Shown here: piece after piece, positions 20,778-30,844 of the stretch | Numbering within the stretch: the first letter of the stretch is position 1 | Layout of the letters: each line of letters opens with the position of its first letter | DNA from: a virus | Taxonomy: Duplodnaviria; Caudoviricetes | Direction: 5' to 3' (one strand) | Virus record (IMG/VR): IMGVR_UViG_3300035208_004396 | Length of the DNA stretch: 64,000 bases | Program-made: the position numbers and the translations under genes | The notes under the pieces: generated by a model | Told to the model about the DNA's origin: nothing | The model's database searches: none | What the model saw: the letters and a program-made list of their open reading frames with translations, nothing else

Positions 20778-21677
20778 TTATTTCTTCAAACACTTTTTAA
20801 TATCAGCCTTTTTAGCATCTATTTTGTCACGAAGTTTCTTTTTAATTAAACTTTCGAACATTTTATCGAGTTCCCATAGACGATTATTATAAATCTTAGA
20901 CACTATTGAATCTGTTTTTTCATTTAATAATTGGCCTTCACCTTTATAAAAATCTAAACATTCCTGTTTGCTCTTATCTTTTTCGGGTTCACTTTCAGCG
21001 GTTTTTTCCTCGGGCTTAGAACCTTCTGCTGGTGCAGATCCTGCTGGTGTAGATCCTTCTGCAGGAGTACCTTCGACCGGGGCAGATTCTTCTTTAGGTG
21101 TGGATCCTTCAGGAGCCGATTCTTCGGATGGTGTAGATCCTTCTGCAGGAGTTACCTCTGTAGATGTTTCTTCACTAGACGGAGCTGATTCTGTACCGGT
21201 AGTTCCTTTATCCGGTGTTTCTTCCGTCGGATTTTCTTCAGTTGGAGTTTCAGACGGAGCAGCATTTTTCTTGATGTCAGAAACATCATTTTGAAGATTT
21301 GCTATTGCATTAGCAATGCTTACTAATGCATCAGAAATAGCAGTTTGATCTGTAGAATCACCTGATTCTGTTGCATCTGGTGTCGAAGCAGGATCAACTG
21401 TAGCTGGATTTTCTGGATCTGTTTCGGTAACAGGGGCATTAGGATTAGCTAGATTGGGATCTTCACTTGGATCTACACTAGGATCAGCCATTGGTTCTGC
21501 ATTAGGAGCAGTAGCAGTACTAGGATCTGCTGAAACCGGAGTATTAGGATCTGGCAATTGTGTATTATCATTGAAATCCTGTGATTTTTTTACATTATTA
21601 TCATCATCTAGAAAGCTTTCTTTTAGCTTGTTATTAATTTTTTCCTTAATGGAATCCGGATTAAACTTTTTTTTCAT
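20778..21677 (-). CDS. Acidic Pro/Ala/Glu/Thr-rich low-complexity protein (candidate internal head/core protein)
   Basis: (P/A)EGSTP repeats; LKE and LNE motifs. Confidence 0.55.
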   Translation of the reverse strand: MKKKFNPDSIKEKINNKLKESFLDDDNNVKKSQDFNDNTQLPDPNTPVSADPSTATAPNAEPMADPSVDPSEDPNLANPNAPVTETDPENPATVDPASTPDATESGDSTDQTAISDALVSIANAIANLQNDVSDIKKNAAPSETPTEENPTEETPDKGTTGTESAPSSEETSTEVTPAEGSTPSEESAPEGSTPKEESAPVEGTPAEGSTPAGSAPAEGSKPEEKTAESEPEKDKSKQECLDFYKGEGQLLNEKTDSIVSKIYNNRLWELDKMFESLIKKKLRDKIDAKKADIKKCLKK

Positions 21678-21718
21678 GACTTATACCTTTTATTAGTTAT
21701 ATATTTAAGTATATCGAA

Positions 21719-22129
21719 TCATTTGAAAAACTCTTCGAAAGCTTCAGAAGAGTATAAAGTTGAAAATGCATCATCTAAGTCTATAACTTGAGTAAATTTT
21801 TCTTTTTCTGAAGAAATTACATCTTTGAATTTATCAAACAGTTCTTTAATTTCTTTTTTGTCTATGGTTTTAGATTCTTTTAATATCTTTACGATCTCAT
21901 TTGGTGAATAAACAGAAGCAATGTGCTTAACATCATTATTATCGATCTTTCTTAAAAATTTCTTAATTTCTTTCATAACATTTTTAAGTTTAGAACTTGC
22001 TTTGATCTCTTCTTCTTTTTTACCATCAAGCATCATTTTAGCAACAAAAACATAGAAAAATGGGTTTTTATCTTCTGAAGCTTGAATATATTTGCTTTTT
22101 TCATCTAAAAACTGTGTTAATTCAGACAT
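21719..22129 (-). CDS. Hypothetical protein
   Basis: AGAGG RBS before ATG 22129; ATAAATA upstream. Confidence 0.5.
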   Translation of the reverse strand: MSELTQFLDEKSKYIQASEDKNPFFYVFVAKMMLDGKKEEEIKASSKLKNVMKEIKKFLRKIDNNDVKHIASVYSPNEIVKILKESKTIDKKEIKELFDKFKDVISSEKEKFTQVIDLDDAFSTLYSSEAFEEFFK

Positions 22130-22149
22130 GTTTACCTCTTTTATCATAT

Positions 22150-22602
22150 TTATTTAACGAACTTGATTTTGTTTTTATTTATCAAATATTTCAAGTAACT
22201 ATATAAGTGTTTACAATATGTAGTTACTTGTCCTGGATTATTAACTCGATTAGGTATTCTCATATTAGCAGATGGTTTAGAGAAAAAATTGTTATTTTTA
22301 ATCAATGGATAAGCCACATTATATCTGAATGCATTACAATCACAACGTAATTCACATTTGCAATTAGTATCATAAGGTTTATTTTTATCGTTTCTATAAA
22401 TTTGAATTGTAGTTTTATAGTTTTTATCGCCTTTTTCAGATTTAACTTCACCCCTACATAACATCTGTAGACCATAATCTACTTCGTTGGAACTTACAAC
22501 TGGTAAATCAGTATTAGAATGTGGAAAAACCTTATCGAAGGAGTTTCTCATATCCAAAAGACTAGTTTTTTCCAACAAATATATCCGTCTGAATGCACCC
22601 AT
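22150..22602 (-). CDS. SWIM zinc-finger protein
   Basis: C.C..F.Y....CKH motif. Confidence 0.7.
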   Translation of the reverse strand: MGAFRRIYLLEKTSLLDMRNSFDKVFPHSNTDLPVVSSNEVDYGLQMLCRGEVKSEKGDKNYKTTIQIYRNDKNKPYDTNCKCELRCDCNAFRYNVAYPLIKNNNFFSKPSANMRIPNRVNNPGQVTTYCKHLYSYLKYLINKNKIKFVK

Positions 22603-22603
22603 A

Positions 22604-24745
22604 TTAATAACCTTCCAGTTTATAAGTTTCAGTATTAGAATAACAAGATTTAACTGATTTTGGACATTTTCGATTGAAAATGAACGATAATGAAACCAAT
22701 CTCTTGCCATTTTTAGCTATTTTTAAGAAATTTGCAATCTTATTCATATTTTCTCTATCTAAAGTCAAAATATAATGAGTATAACCTTCATAAATATCAG
22801 TACCTTTAATGTTTATTTTTACACATCTATAATAATTTCGGTTAACAGTACCGACTACAGTATGATTTTCTACTTCCCGATTATCCATCTCAAATATAAA
22901 TGGAAAATCACTTTTCGAGGCAGAATAAATTAAATTTTTAGTATTTAATGTCGGATTTTCAATTATACTTGACCCAGATAAGGCTTCTAATTTCGTAGCT
23001 TGAGCGAAATACGGAATAAACAACTTGTTTCCTGATAATTTCAAATTAGAATAATCCATATAAAACGTTTGTCTTAAATAATAATCCGCCTCACTAGTGA
23101 TCAAAGAATGAGCTATTATGTTCATGGTCAATGTAGCTGAAATTACAAACTCGAAATTACTCAATACACGTGTAGCCGGAATAATAGATCGAATCAACTT
23201 AATCAAAGGTTCTGCAATTTGATTCAATTTTACCAATCTAGCAGTTTGAGCACTAGTTAAACCCAGACTAATATGAGATGATAACTCATAATTAGTAGGA
23301 TCTATCATATCTTCGGTATAAAAATGAGAATGTGTCGCTTTATCAATCCATAATGGATAAACATTTACTAAGAAACCTAATGTATTAAACAATATATAAA
23401 TAGCCGTGTTTGTACCTTTATATTTGTTTATCACAGCTAATTTAGAATATACCGATCTCAACATACTTACCGGATCATAATTCAATGTATCATTTTCATC
23501 TTTGAAAAAATCTATCACATTATTCAGTGTATCTAAATCTAAATCTAAGTCAGGGCAATAAGTTTTAGCAAAATTAGACAATAATTGATCTTCGATTAAG
23601 CTAGCATCATTAAAATCTCCTATTCGTTTAATTTTCTCCAATATACCTATCTTACATGATTCATTTAGATTCAACGACGTATATTCTGTGTTAAAAAAAT
23701 ACTCGAGATATTCTTTAAAATCATTAAATTTTAGATCGGCTAAGTATTTTGGAACTGGAATATATAAATCTCGGATATTTTCACATTTTTTAACGAATGG
23801 CCCAAGCTGATTATAGGCTATAGTATAATTTTTGATTAAATCATCATATTCATTATCACCTATTTTAAGGTATACTGAAGCAAAAACAGTTCCACTTGTG
23901 TCTATGCCATCTAATTTTCGATAAGCTACATCATCTTCTATTTCAACATCACCGATTATATAACCCGCACTATCTTGTAATAATTCGAAAACATAAGTGA
24001 CATCGAACAACTCGGTTAATTCAGACCAATACTCATTTTTTGTAACATTGGGATTAAATGCTTCTAATTTACAATTTCCGGTGATTTGATATCCTAGACA
24101 TAGATTTTCAGGATAAATATCTCTGAAATTTAATACTAAATGTTGTAAACTTTTTATAAACTCGGTTAAAGTGATCGGTACAAATATAAATTCTTTGAAA
24201 TTTGAAAAAGTAAACTTATTACCATTTACATCAAATAAGGCTAAACTTAAGTTGATATCTGATATTTCTGTAAAACCTTGGGGATTTGCCGTAAAAAGAC
24301 AACTCAAAGTGTAAATATCACCATTCTGAATCAACTTCAAATTTGAAATATAATCGTTTATTTTCGAATTATTGTTAAAAAATGTTATATTTTCAGATGA
24401 AATTCCAATACTATCATAGATATCTAATTTTATTTCCCACGCTTTGATATAAACTAATTCGGTCTGTGTATAAGAACCATGTAGACCTTTGAACGAGAGA
24501 TATGAGGTCTTATCTGCCAAAAGATCGGGTTTCTTAGTATCGATCAAAATATTACGAATAGTATAAGCAATTCTGTATTTCGTACCACCATTGAACAGGA
24601 TAGTATCTTCATTGATATCATTGCTGTCAGAATCAAAACCCCAGTTATCAGCAGGAGTATTCGGTATAGGATCTAAAGGTTTAGAAATATCACTACTAAA
24701 CCATCTCAGATCCGAAAGGTCATATATTTTAGACTCTTTTATCAT
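22604..24745 (-). CDS. Baseplate wedge/tail protein (P2 gpI/gp7-like motif)
   Basis: YKGT..AI..LF..LG motif followed by IPATR; ATAAATA-N5-ATG. Confidence 0.55.
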   Translation of the reverse strand: MIKESKIYDLSDLRWFSSDISKPLDPIPNTPADNWGFDSDSNDINEDTILFNGGTKYRIAYTIRNILIDTKKPDLLADKTSYLSFKGLHGSYTQTELVYIKAWEIKLDIYDSIGISSENITFFNNNSKINDYISNLKLIQNGDIYTLSCLFTANPQGFTEISDINLSLALFDVNGNKFTFSNFKEFIFVPITLTEFIKSLQHLVLNFRDIYPENLCLGYQITGNCKLEAFNPNVTKNEYWSELTELFDVTYVFELLQDSAGYIIGDVEIEDDVAYRKLDGIDTSGTVFASVYLKIGDNEYDDLIKNYTIAYNQLGPFVKKCENIRDLYIPVPKYLADLKFNDFKEYLEYFFNTEYTSLNLNESCKIGILEKIKRIGDFNDASLIEDQLLSNFAKTYCPDLDLDLDTLNNVIDFFKDENDTLNYDPVSMLRSVYSKLAVINKYKGTNTAIYILFNTLGFLVNVYPLWIDKATHSHFYTEDMIDPTNYELSSHISLGLTSAQTARLVKLNQIAEPLIKLIRSIIPATRVLSNFEFVISATLTMNIIAHSLITSEADYYLRQTFYMDYSNLKLSGNKLFIPYFAQATKLEALSGSSIIENPTLNTKNLIYSASKSDFPFIFEMDNREVENHTVVGTVNRNYYRCVKINIKGTDIYEGYTHYILTLDRENMNKIANFLKIAKNGKRLVSLSFIFNRKCPKSVKSCYSNTETYKLEGY

Positions 24746-24977
24746 ATTTGTATTTATCTAACTCAGTAATGATTCGATATACATTATTTTAACGCCGTTT
24801 TAAGCTCTTTTTATCTTAAATATTGATAGTTATATTATTTTAATTAAAAAAGCTCTTAAACAGGAGTTTCTGTGCAATTAAACTAGCATATAACATTATC
24901 CCTTAATGTTTAATAATTATGAGTATGTTATAAACAATAAAAAAATAGGTTATCTGTCATTAATCTCGAATTTTTAA

Positions 24978-25148
24978 TGTAAACTTATTTCAACATTTCA
25001 ACAAAATGGATCCTTCTTTACTCTAAGTAGGGAACCAAGTGATTTTTATCATCTAAAAAGTCCACATATTTCTCGATAGATACATTATAGTTGGGTAGGG
25101 AGAGGTGGAATCTTTTTTTATATAGTATAAAACCTATAGGAGGGGGTA
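24978..25148 (+). repeat. Copy 1 of ~170-bp dispersed direct repeat (core 25054-25148)
   Basis: Core differs from 57251-57344 by one substitution and one T-run length. Confidence 0.95.
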
Positions 25149-25157
25149 GAACTATGG

Positions 25158-25218
25158 AAAATGTAAAGATATTGAGAATCTAAAATGTAAAGATATTAAG
25201 AATTTAAAATGTAAAGAT
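25158..25218 (+). repeat. Tandem 24-bp repeat x2.5 (AAAATGTAAAGATATT...)
   Basis: Units start at 25158, 25182 and 25206. Confidence 0.9.
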
Positions 25219-25238
25219 GTGGCTATTATAGATATATC

Positions 25239-25460
25239 ATGAGTTGTCCTAATTGTGATAAGTTGAAGAATGGAGTTAAATTAGTTAAAGGTTTACATAT
25301 ATTGACAGCATCTAAATCAGCATGTTGTCCGATTAAAGCAGTTATAACTTATTTTGATTCGAGAATAGTAACATATCTCGATAAAAACAATCAAACTCAT
25401 TCTAAACCAATAGAAGAATTCGTTAAATCTTCATGGGAAGACCGGTTCTTTAACATTTAA
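25239..25460 (+). CDS. Small Cys-containing hypothetical protein
   Basis: 73-aa ORF, CPNC. Confidence 0.45.
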   Translation: MSCPNCDKLKNGVKLVKGLHILTASKSACCPIKAVITYFDSRIVTYLDKNNQTHSKPIEEFVKSSWEDRFFNI

Positions 25461-25555
25461 TGCACTTTTAAGACATTTTTTATGAAAATATGTGAAAACA
25501 TTAATGTTATACAGAAAAAGGCCTTAAACAGGCCTTTATGATTAAAATAAGACTA

Positions 25556-25966
25556 TTAATACATGATTTGTTTTTTATAGTCTATGTATGATTTCAATAA
25601 GCTCACATTAGATTTTAATGTCAACATTGTGTCTTTAAAATAGCATTGATAAGATTCTTGAATATTTTTATTCCGGATTAGTTCTATAAATTTGGGATCG
25701 CCATTAATTCTCATCTCTATTTCTTTAGCAGTAGACCATACCATAGAGTCATTGAACTTATATTTCGGTAATAAATGATAAGTTAAGTCTGCAATATCAC
25801 ATTCTAAGTTCTTTATTAAGTTTGTTTGTTTCTGTAAAATATTACACCATTTGTTTATTCGTTTAGATAAAGTGAATGAATATTCTATTCGGGGTAATTC
25901 ATCTTCTGGTATAGTAGTATCTATTGCTGCTACTTGCTTTATTTTTTCAAATTCTTCTTCGGTCAT
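25556..25966 (-). CDS. uvsY: Recombination mediator UvsY-like
   Basis: Size, helical pattern, I..DP and C-terminal LK..ID.KK. Confidence 0.6.
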   Translation of the reverse strand: MTEEEFEKIKQVAAIDTTIPEDELPRIEYSFTLSKRINKWCNILQKQTNLIKNLECDIADLTYHLLPKYKFNDSMVWSTAKEIEMRINGDPKFIELIRNKNIQESYQCYFKDTMLTLKSNVSLLKSYIDYKKQIMY

Positions 25967-26270
25967 GATGATTCCTTAGTGTTATTTGTCGTTTTTCTTG
26001 ATTTGTGAAATTAGGATCGCCATATTTAGCTAATTTCGTAGATCTTGACTTATTTATGGTATCGAGTCCAGCACATCTCTTAGAACAATACAATCTATAA
26101 CCTTTAACATAGTTTATATAACGTGTAGGTTTGCCACACATTTTACATAGGCCTTGTTTACCTTTGAAGTCTAGATAATAAGATTCGCTGTTATAACCGT
26201 GTTTATAAAGGTGTCTAAGCAACGAATTAACATCATTAAAGGTCTTTTTGCAAAAATTACATTCTATCAT
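25947..26270 (-). CDS. Zinc-finger protein; N-terminal part of a homing-endonuclease-type gene lacking a nuclease domain
   Basis: C2H2 finger plus CKMCG...GY..YCS..C...T...KYG..N. Confidence 0.55.
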   Translation of the reverse strand: MIECNFCKKTFNDVNSLLRHLYKHGYNSESYYLDFKGKQGLCKMCGKPTRYINYVKGYRLYCSKRCAGLDTINKSRSTKLAKYGDPNFTNQEKRQITLRNHHDRRRI

Positions 26271-26312
26271 TTAGCTAGTCCTTATATAAATATACAAAAT
26301 AGGAGTGAAACA

Positions 26313-29219
26313 ATGTCGAAGTATTCTACACCAGACGTGTACTTCAACGAAATCGATCATACAGTTCGTAATAATACCACTGTTGGCGATGGACGAGGTG
26401 CTATTGTCTTTAATGCTGACAAAGGTTATGTAAATCAACGAATTTTAACTACGGGTTATTCTAATTTCAAAACTCAATTTGGTACGCCGACTAACAGTTC
26501 TAATTATGGTCATTTTGCTGCAGAACAATTCTTTGCTAACGGTTCTACACAACTTCTTGGAGTTCGTGCTACTATGGGCGATGAAAGATATGCTTTCATT
26601 CAATACCCCTATAACAGTGCTGGTATAGCTAATACTAATCTGGATTCTACAACTCAAGAATTAGAATATGTAGATTATGAAGGTGAACATAACTTAGTAT
26701 TACTAAATGCTTTTAAGGGAGATTTGAGTACTTATACTGCAGATAACTGGCATTATATTGATAATACAGCAACATTCTTTATGTATTCATACGGGAAAGT
26801 TTCCGATTTTGCTGATTTATATAATGATGGCGCTGATGAAGTCAGAATAGTATATCGTGATTCTAAAAATGCTGAAATTACTGCTAATTCGGGTACATTT
26901 TATAAGATTCCTACTAGTGATAAACTCACAAATTATAACAGATTTGCTCTGAATCAAGCCGGTATAAATTCTTCGCCATTAACTGCTGATGCAACAGGAT
27001 CTTCGGCATATTATCATTTTGATTCTAGTGATAGCATAAATGATACTTCTGCTACTTATTATAAGACTTATTTACATCTTGATGCTGGATATTCGTTGAA
27101 TTCTACTGATATTGATGCTCAATATTATCTCAATTCTGGTGTTTTAACTGGAACTTCTGCTGAATTGACAACGTTATTAAACAATGAATCCATTTTAGGT
27201 TTAACAAGTGCAGATTCTGCATATTCGGCTAATGCTTCGAAATTAGTAGTTGCGGATTGGGATGAAAATCTAGAATTGAAGACCTATTATGTTAATAAAT
27301 CATCTTTTACTTCTCCAAATGTTAGTGGCATAGAATATCGTGAATACTCTCATGGTGATAAAGATTTTGCTCTGTGTATCAATGCTATTTCTAGTATTAG
27401 ATGTGATAATATGACTGGTTCTGATAGTTTTGCTATTTTAGAAGATCTAGCGGATCAATATGGTTTAGCAGTTACGGATATTAACAATTCATCATATTGC
27501 AATTTGAAATATACTGATGCTAAGTCACAAGAGGAAGTAAATTTATTGGTTTATAATGATGGCTTATCTGAAGGATTCGGGGCTTATTCTAGTACACCAA
27601 ATCTATTCATCTTATACCAAGATCAAAATAACTCAAATAAAACTAAAGGTGAAGCCATTTATTATCATAAAGATCCTAAAAATGTTATTTTACCTTGGCA
27701 GATTAGTAAAAATAATGTCCCGGAACTCATTGCACAAAGCACATTAGAGATGTTCAGCGATAGCACGGGAATCTGGTCAGATGGTTATACTCCTACTAGC
27801 ATAGATGAAGAACCGGGCAATGGTGACGTTGAAAGTTATACAGATAAATCTAAGAACTTGGTCATAGCTGCATTAGCTCCAGGGGATTACTTGAATAGAA
27901 TTGGTATTTCAATAATAACACCGGATTGCGAAGATATACCGGCATTGAATGGACCTAATACATTCGATTGGAAATATCTTTTCGATGATGAAGACAAGGT
28001 CGATAATGGTGCAGATAACTTGACTTATAAGAAAGTCTATAAGTTGAATGTTTATGTTCGGAATATAGATCAAGATGAATCTATATGGGGTACTGGTTTA
28101 ACTAGTTTGAATTATGACCCTACCGAATCATTCTATGTGTCTAATGATCCTACGGCAAAAGATTTACAAGGTAATAGCTTATATGTTACTGATGTGATTA
28201 ATGGTCATTCTAACTATATCTACGTTTCTAAGAAATCAGTAGAAACATCTTTCGTATCAAATATAGGGGGTGTTACTACTTATGATATGCCATCCCAAAC
28301 TTATTCTATTTATAGTCTTAGTGGTGGTAAGAATTCTAAATTGAATGATATTAAGCAGAAAACGGCAGCATTACAGCTTTTCGAGGACAACGAGAAGTCT
28401 GATTTCGATATTATATTTAATGTTGAACCGATTGAAAGTTTTACGGGTAAACAAAAATATAAAGCGATGCAAGATAAGATTGCTAATATTGCTATTACAC
28501 GTGGAAAAGATATCGGGTTCATTCAGACCACATCGAAAGCGGCGAAAACTGGTTCATTGATGGTAAGTGAAAGTAAGAATTTCAAATATACTAATGGTTC
28601 TTACGTTGCTGGTTATGGCGGATATGATAAGTCATATAACAGTGACATCAGTGCATGGATTAATATCCCTAAGTCGGTGGCCGGTGCTTGTGCTGAATGT
28701 TTTTGTCAGATTTATTCATATCCCTGGATGGCACCTGCGGGAACAGAACGCGGTGTAATAGCATATTCAGATGGTACTACACCTAAATTGAGTAAATTGG
28801 ATATGGGTAAGTTATATAATCAAAACATCAATACTTCTCGTACTTTCCCAGCTTATGGCGAAACTTTATTCACTCAGAAAACTATGTTGAAGAAAGATTC
28901 CGCACTGAACAGAATAGATGTTAGATCGCTGGTGAATACAATAGAAAAGAACTTATATATATTGCTTTTGCCGTTCATTTACAAGAAAAATACTGCCACT
29001 ACAAGAAGTTCTATGAAATCTACAGTCGAAGATTTATTAGGTAGAATTAAGGCTGGAGAAGGTATAACTTCATATTCAGTAACAGTTAAATCTGATTCTA
29101 ATGATCCGCATTTGGTTTATGTAAACTTGACTATCATTCCGGCCGAATCTATTGAATTCATCGAAGTCAATATCACGTTGGAAAGAGATCAGGGAATAAC
29201 ATTCGCGGAAGCTGCTTAA
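26313..29219 (+). CDS. gp18: Tail sheath protein with large central insertion
   Basis: TPDVY.NEID, FG.P, PWMAPAGTERG, ALNRIDVR, P..SIEFI; TATAAATA and AGGAG upstream of ATG 26313. Confidence 0.95.
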   Translation: MSKYSTPDVYFNEIDHTVRNNTTVGDGRGAIVFNADKGYVNQRILTTGYSNFKTQFGTPTNSSNYGHFAAEQFFANGSTQLLGVRATMGDERYAFIQYPYNSAGIANTNLDSTTQELEYVDYEGEHNLVLLNAFKGDLSTYTADNWHYIDNTATFFMYSYGKVSDFADLYNDGADEVRIVYRDSKNAEITANSGTFYKIPTSDKLTNYNRFALNQAGINSSPLTADATGSSAYYHFDSSDSINDTSATYYKTYLHLDAGYSLNSTDIDAQYYLNSGVLTGTSAELTTLLNNESILGLTSADSAYSANASKLVVADWDENLELKTYYVNKSSFTSPNVSGIEYREYSHGDKDFALCINAISSIRCDNMTGSDSFAILEDLADQYGLAVTDINNSSYCNLKYTDAKSQEEVNLLVYNDGLSEGFGAYSSTPNLFILYQDQNNSNKTKGEAIYYHKDPKNVILPWQISKNNVPELIAQSTLEMFSDSTGIWSDGYTPTSIDEEPGNGDVESYTDKSKNLVIAALAPGDYLNRIGISIITPDCEDIPALNGPNTFDWKYLFDDEDKVDNGADNLTYKKVYKLNVYVRNIDQDESIWGTGLTSLNYDPTESFYVSNDPTAKDLQGNSLYVTDVINGHSNYIYVSKKSVETSFVSNIGGVTTYDMPSQTYSIYSLSGGKNSKLNDIKQKTAALQLFEDNEKSDFDIIFNVEPIESFTGKQKYKAMQDKIANIAITRGKDIGFIQTTSKAAKTGSLMVSESKNFKYTNGSYVAGYGGYDKSYNSDISAWINIPKSVAGACAECFCQIYSYPWMAPAGTERGVIAYSDGTTPKLSKLDMGKLYNQNINTSRTFPAYGETLFTQKTMLKKDSALNRIDVRSLVNTIEKNLYILLLPFIYKKNTATTRSSMKSTVEDLLGRIKAGEGITSYSVTVKSDSNDPHLVYVNLTIIPAESIEFIEVNITLERDQGITFAEAA

Positions 29220-29223
29220 AAAT

Positions 29224-29281
29224 AAAAAGGATCCTTTAAGGATCCTTTTTTATTAAAAAAAACCCTATAAAGGGTTTTTTT
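29224..29281. terminator. Two back-to-back intrinsic terminators between convergent genes
   Basis: AAAAAGGATCC-TTTAA-GGATCCTTTTT and AAAAAAAACCCT-ATAA-AGGGTTTTTT. Confidence 0.85.
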
Positions 29282-29284
29282 AGT

Positions 29285-30073
29285 TCACTTATTTAATCGC
29301 TGTTTTTCGTCATCTTTTACACCTTTTATGAATGATTCTTTAGATTTAAGCCATTCTTTATTCAATGGAGATTTATATAACGGAATATTGATATTTTTAA
29401 TATTATAATCTAGATACATCGATCTAATTTCATCGATTAAACTATCGCTCATAGATGAAATCTCTAATTTTGCTATTTTCTCGTTGGAATTTTCCGATTT
29501 TACTAAACTTTCTTCATAAAGACTCTTATAATCCATACTGAAGTCTATTTTATCATCGCCATAACGTAAAACACTCTTGAAATCTTCTACATTTAATCCA
29601 TAATATATTGATTTAGGTGAATAATTTGCTAAATAATCTCGCATAATTTTTGAAAATTGTGCTATATCCATCTTATCATGAGAGTTATTTTCCGACCATT
29701 CTTCGAATTCTTTAAAATATCTTTCGTATAAGTATTGTATCTTATTTAACATGGACTTAATCCAACTATCTTTTACAGGAGCTATTTCACTTCCTATACA
29801 TTTCAAACTCGGTATAACTGTCATTTTATCTGAAATAGTGAATGCAAATTCCTTGTCATTAAGTCTTTTAGAAAGATCAGTATTGATATTTTTTGTGAAA
29901 AACCAAATAGGTTTAGTTTTATAACCGAATAATGTTTTCGCACTTAATTTAGCTTCATCATATTTACGTCCGAAACGAGCTTCTCTATCAGCTTCGGCTT
30001 TTTTGAAATATTGTTGATAATTATGAGAATAACCACCATAATTAGTATTATAATATTCTAAGAATCTTTCCAT
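29285..30073 (-). CDS. Hypothetical protein
   Basis: 262-aa ORF; ATATATA-N5-ATG. Confidence 0.55.
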   Translation of the reverse strand: MERFLEYYNTNYGGYSHNYQQYFKKAEADREARFGRKYDEAKLSAKTLFGYKTKPIWFFTKNINTDLSKRLNDKEFAFTISDKMTVIPSLKCIGSEIAPVKDSWIKSMLNKIQYLYERYFKEFEEWSENNSHDKMDIAQFSKIMRDYLANYSPKSIYYGLNVEDFKSVLRYGDDKIDFSMDYKSLYEESLVKSENSNEKIAKLEISSMSDSLIDEIRSMYLDYNIKNINIPLYKSPLNKEWLKSKESFIKGVKDDEKQRLNK

Positions 30074-30098
30074 ACTAATATATATGTGAAAATAACTA

Positions 30099-30170
30099 TT
30101 GAGAAAGATTTAATAATTTCTTATATTATGATCATTGGAACTGAGATTCCAATCGGCTAATTGACAATTC
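30099..30170 (+). promoter_or_regulatory. Sigma70 promoter with boxB/boxA-like leader (copy 1)
   Basis: TTGAGA-17-TATATT, then ATTGGAA-CTGAGA-TTCCAAT hairpin and TAATTGACAA. Confidence 0.75.
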
Positions 30171-30189
30171 GGAACATTTTCAATCTTTT

Positions 30190-30520
30190 TAGAATTAAAC
30201 TGTAGGCTCAGAAACAGCCATCAGCTAAAGAGTGGCAAAGGTTCCTCCTAGTATAACGGGGACGGTGAAAACTTAGCAAAAGCCCGTTTAAGTCATGTTA
30301 ATTAATAGGACATGATGACATATGCTGGAGGATAATCAATCGATTTGTTACGTACATTCAAACTAGTTAAAAAACTGTGAAATAATACCAAGGCTAATGA
30401 GTGCTAAGTCTGGTCTAAGGTGAAATTTCACAGCCAGAAGATCTCCGGGTTTGATATGTATAGTATACATTCGGGTAAGTTAATTGCTCGAGCCTTTGGA
30501 GTAAAATTACATTTTTTCTA
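30190..30520 (+). ncRNA. ~330-nt structured ncRNA with a 23S rRNA H43/H44 (uL11 site)-like core
   Basis: TGTAGGCTCAGAAACAGCCATCAGCTAAAGA at 30201; closing GGAGTAAAATTACA; many internal hairpins. Confidence 0.7.
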
Positions 30521-30591
30521 TTGAGATTCATCTAATTTTTTCTATATTTCAATTTGTTAAAGATTCAAATCTTAACTGTTAATTGAAATTT
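30521..30591 (+). promoter_or_regulatory. Sigma70 promoter with hairpin and boxA-like leader (copy 2)
   Basis: TTGAGA-16-TATATT, hairpin GTTAAAGAT-TCAA-ATCTTAAC, TAATTGAAATT. Confidence 0.6.
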
Positions 30592-30607
30592 TGGTTTTAT
30601 TTTTTAT

Positions 30608-30691
30608 GCCCAGGTGGTGGAATTGGTAGACACTAGGGACTTAAAATCCCTTGGTCGTAAGATCGTGAGGGTTCGATTCCCTCTTTGGGCA
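30608..30691 (+). tRNA. tRNA-Leu(TAA)
   Basis: Full cloverleaf with long variable arm and GTTCGATTC T loop. Confidence 0.95.
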
Positions 30692-30694
30692 CTA

Positions 30695-30765
30695 TAAGGC
30701 GTGGTTTAGCTGCTACGTCTTAGAAATGGAAAACGTTTGAGCTAACAAACGTTTTAGTTTCCATT
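30695..30765 (+). ncRNA. Kissing-loop two-hairpin RNA, copy 1
   Basis: Loops TTAGCT and AGCTAA are exact reverse complements; GAA junction. Confidence 0.7.
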
Positions 30766-30769
30766 AGCT

Positions 30770-30844
30770 ATATTATTCGTATAATTCTGGCAGTACAATC
30801 GCCTATCGGCAGATTGGTATGGGTTCGAATCCCATATAATATAT
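30770..30844 (+). tRNA. tRNA-like RNA with all-A/U acceptor stem and aberrant anticodon arm
   Basis: D arm GTAT/GTAC, T arm ATGGG-TTCGAAT-CCCAT; anticodon arm irregular. Confidence 0.6.

Noticed and set aside
20968-21696. Plus-strand ORFs 20968..21294 and 21454..21696
   Set aside because: Antisense shadows of the low-complexity repeat protein
25158-25218. Mini CRISPR array
   Set aside because: Units are contiguous 24-mers with near-identical intervening bases; no unique spacers and no cas genes
25947-26270. Active homing endonuclease
   Set aside because: Only zinc-finger/DNA-binding repeats are present; no HNH, GIY-YIG or PD-(D/E)xK domain before the stop
30201-30231. Possible 23S rRNA gene or host contamination
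   Set aside because: Similarity is limited to the H43/H44 motif; the flanks are phage promoters and tRNAs, not rRNA
30245-30265. CTCCTAGTA..GGAC.GG resembling the sarcin-ricin loop inside the GAC-like RNA
   Set aside because: No GAGA tetraloop, and the segment pairs better with ATGCTGGAG downstream; a 9-nt match may be chance
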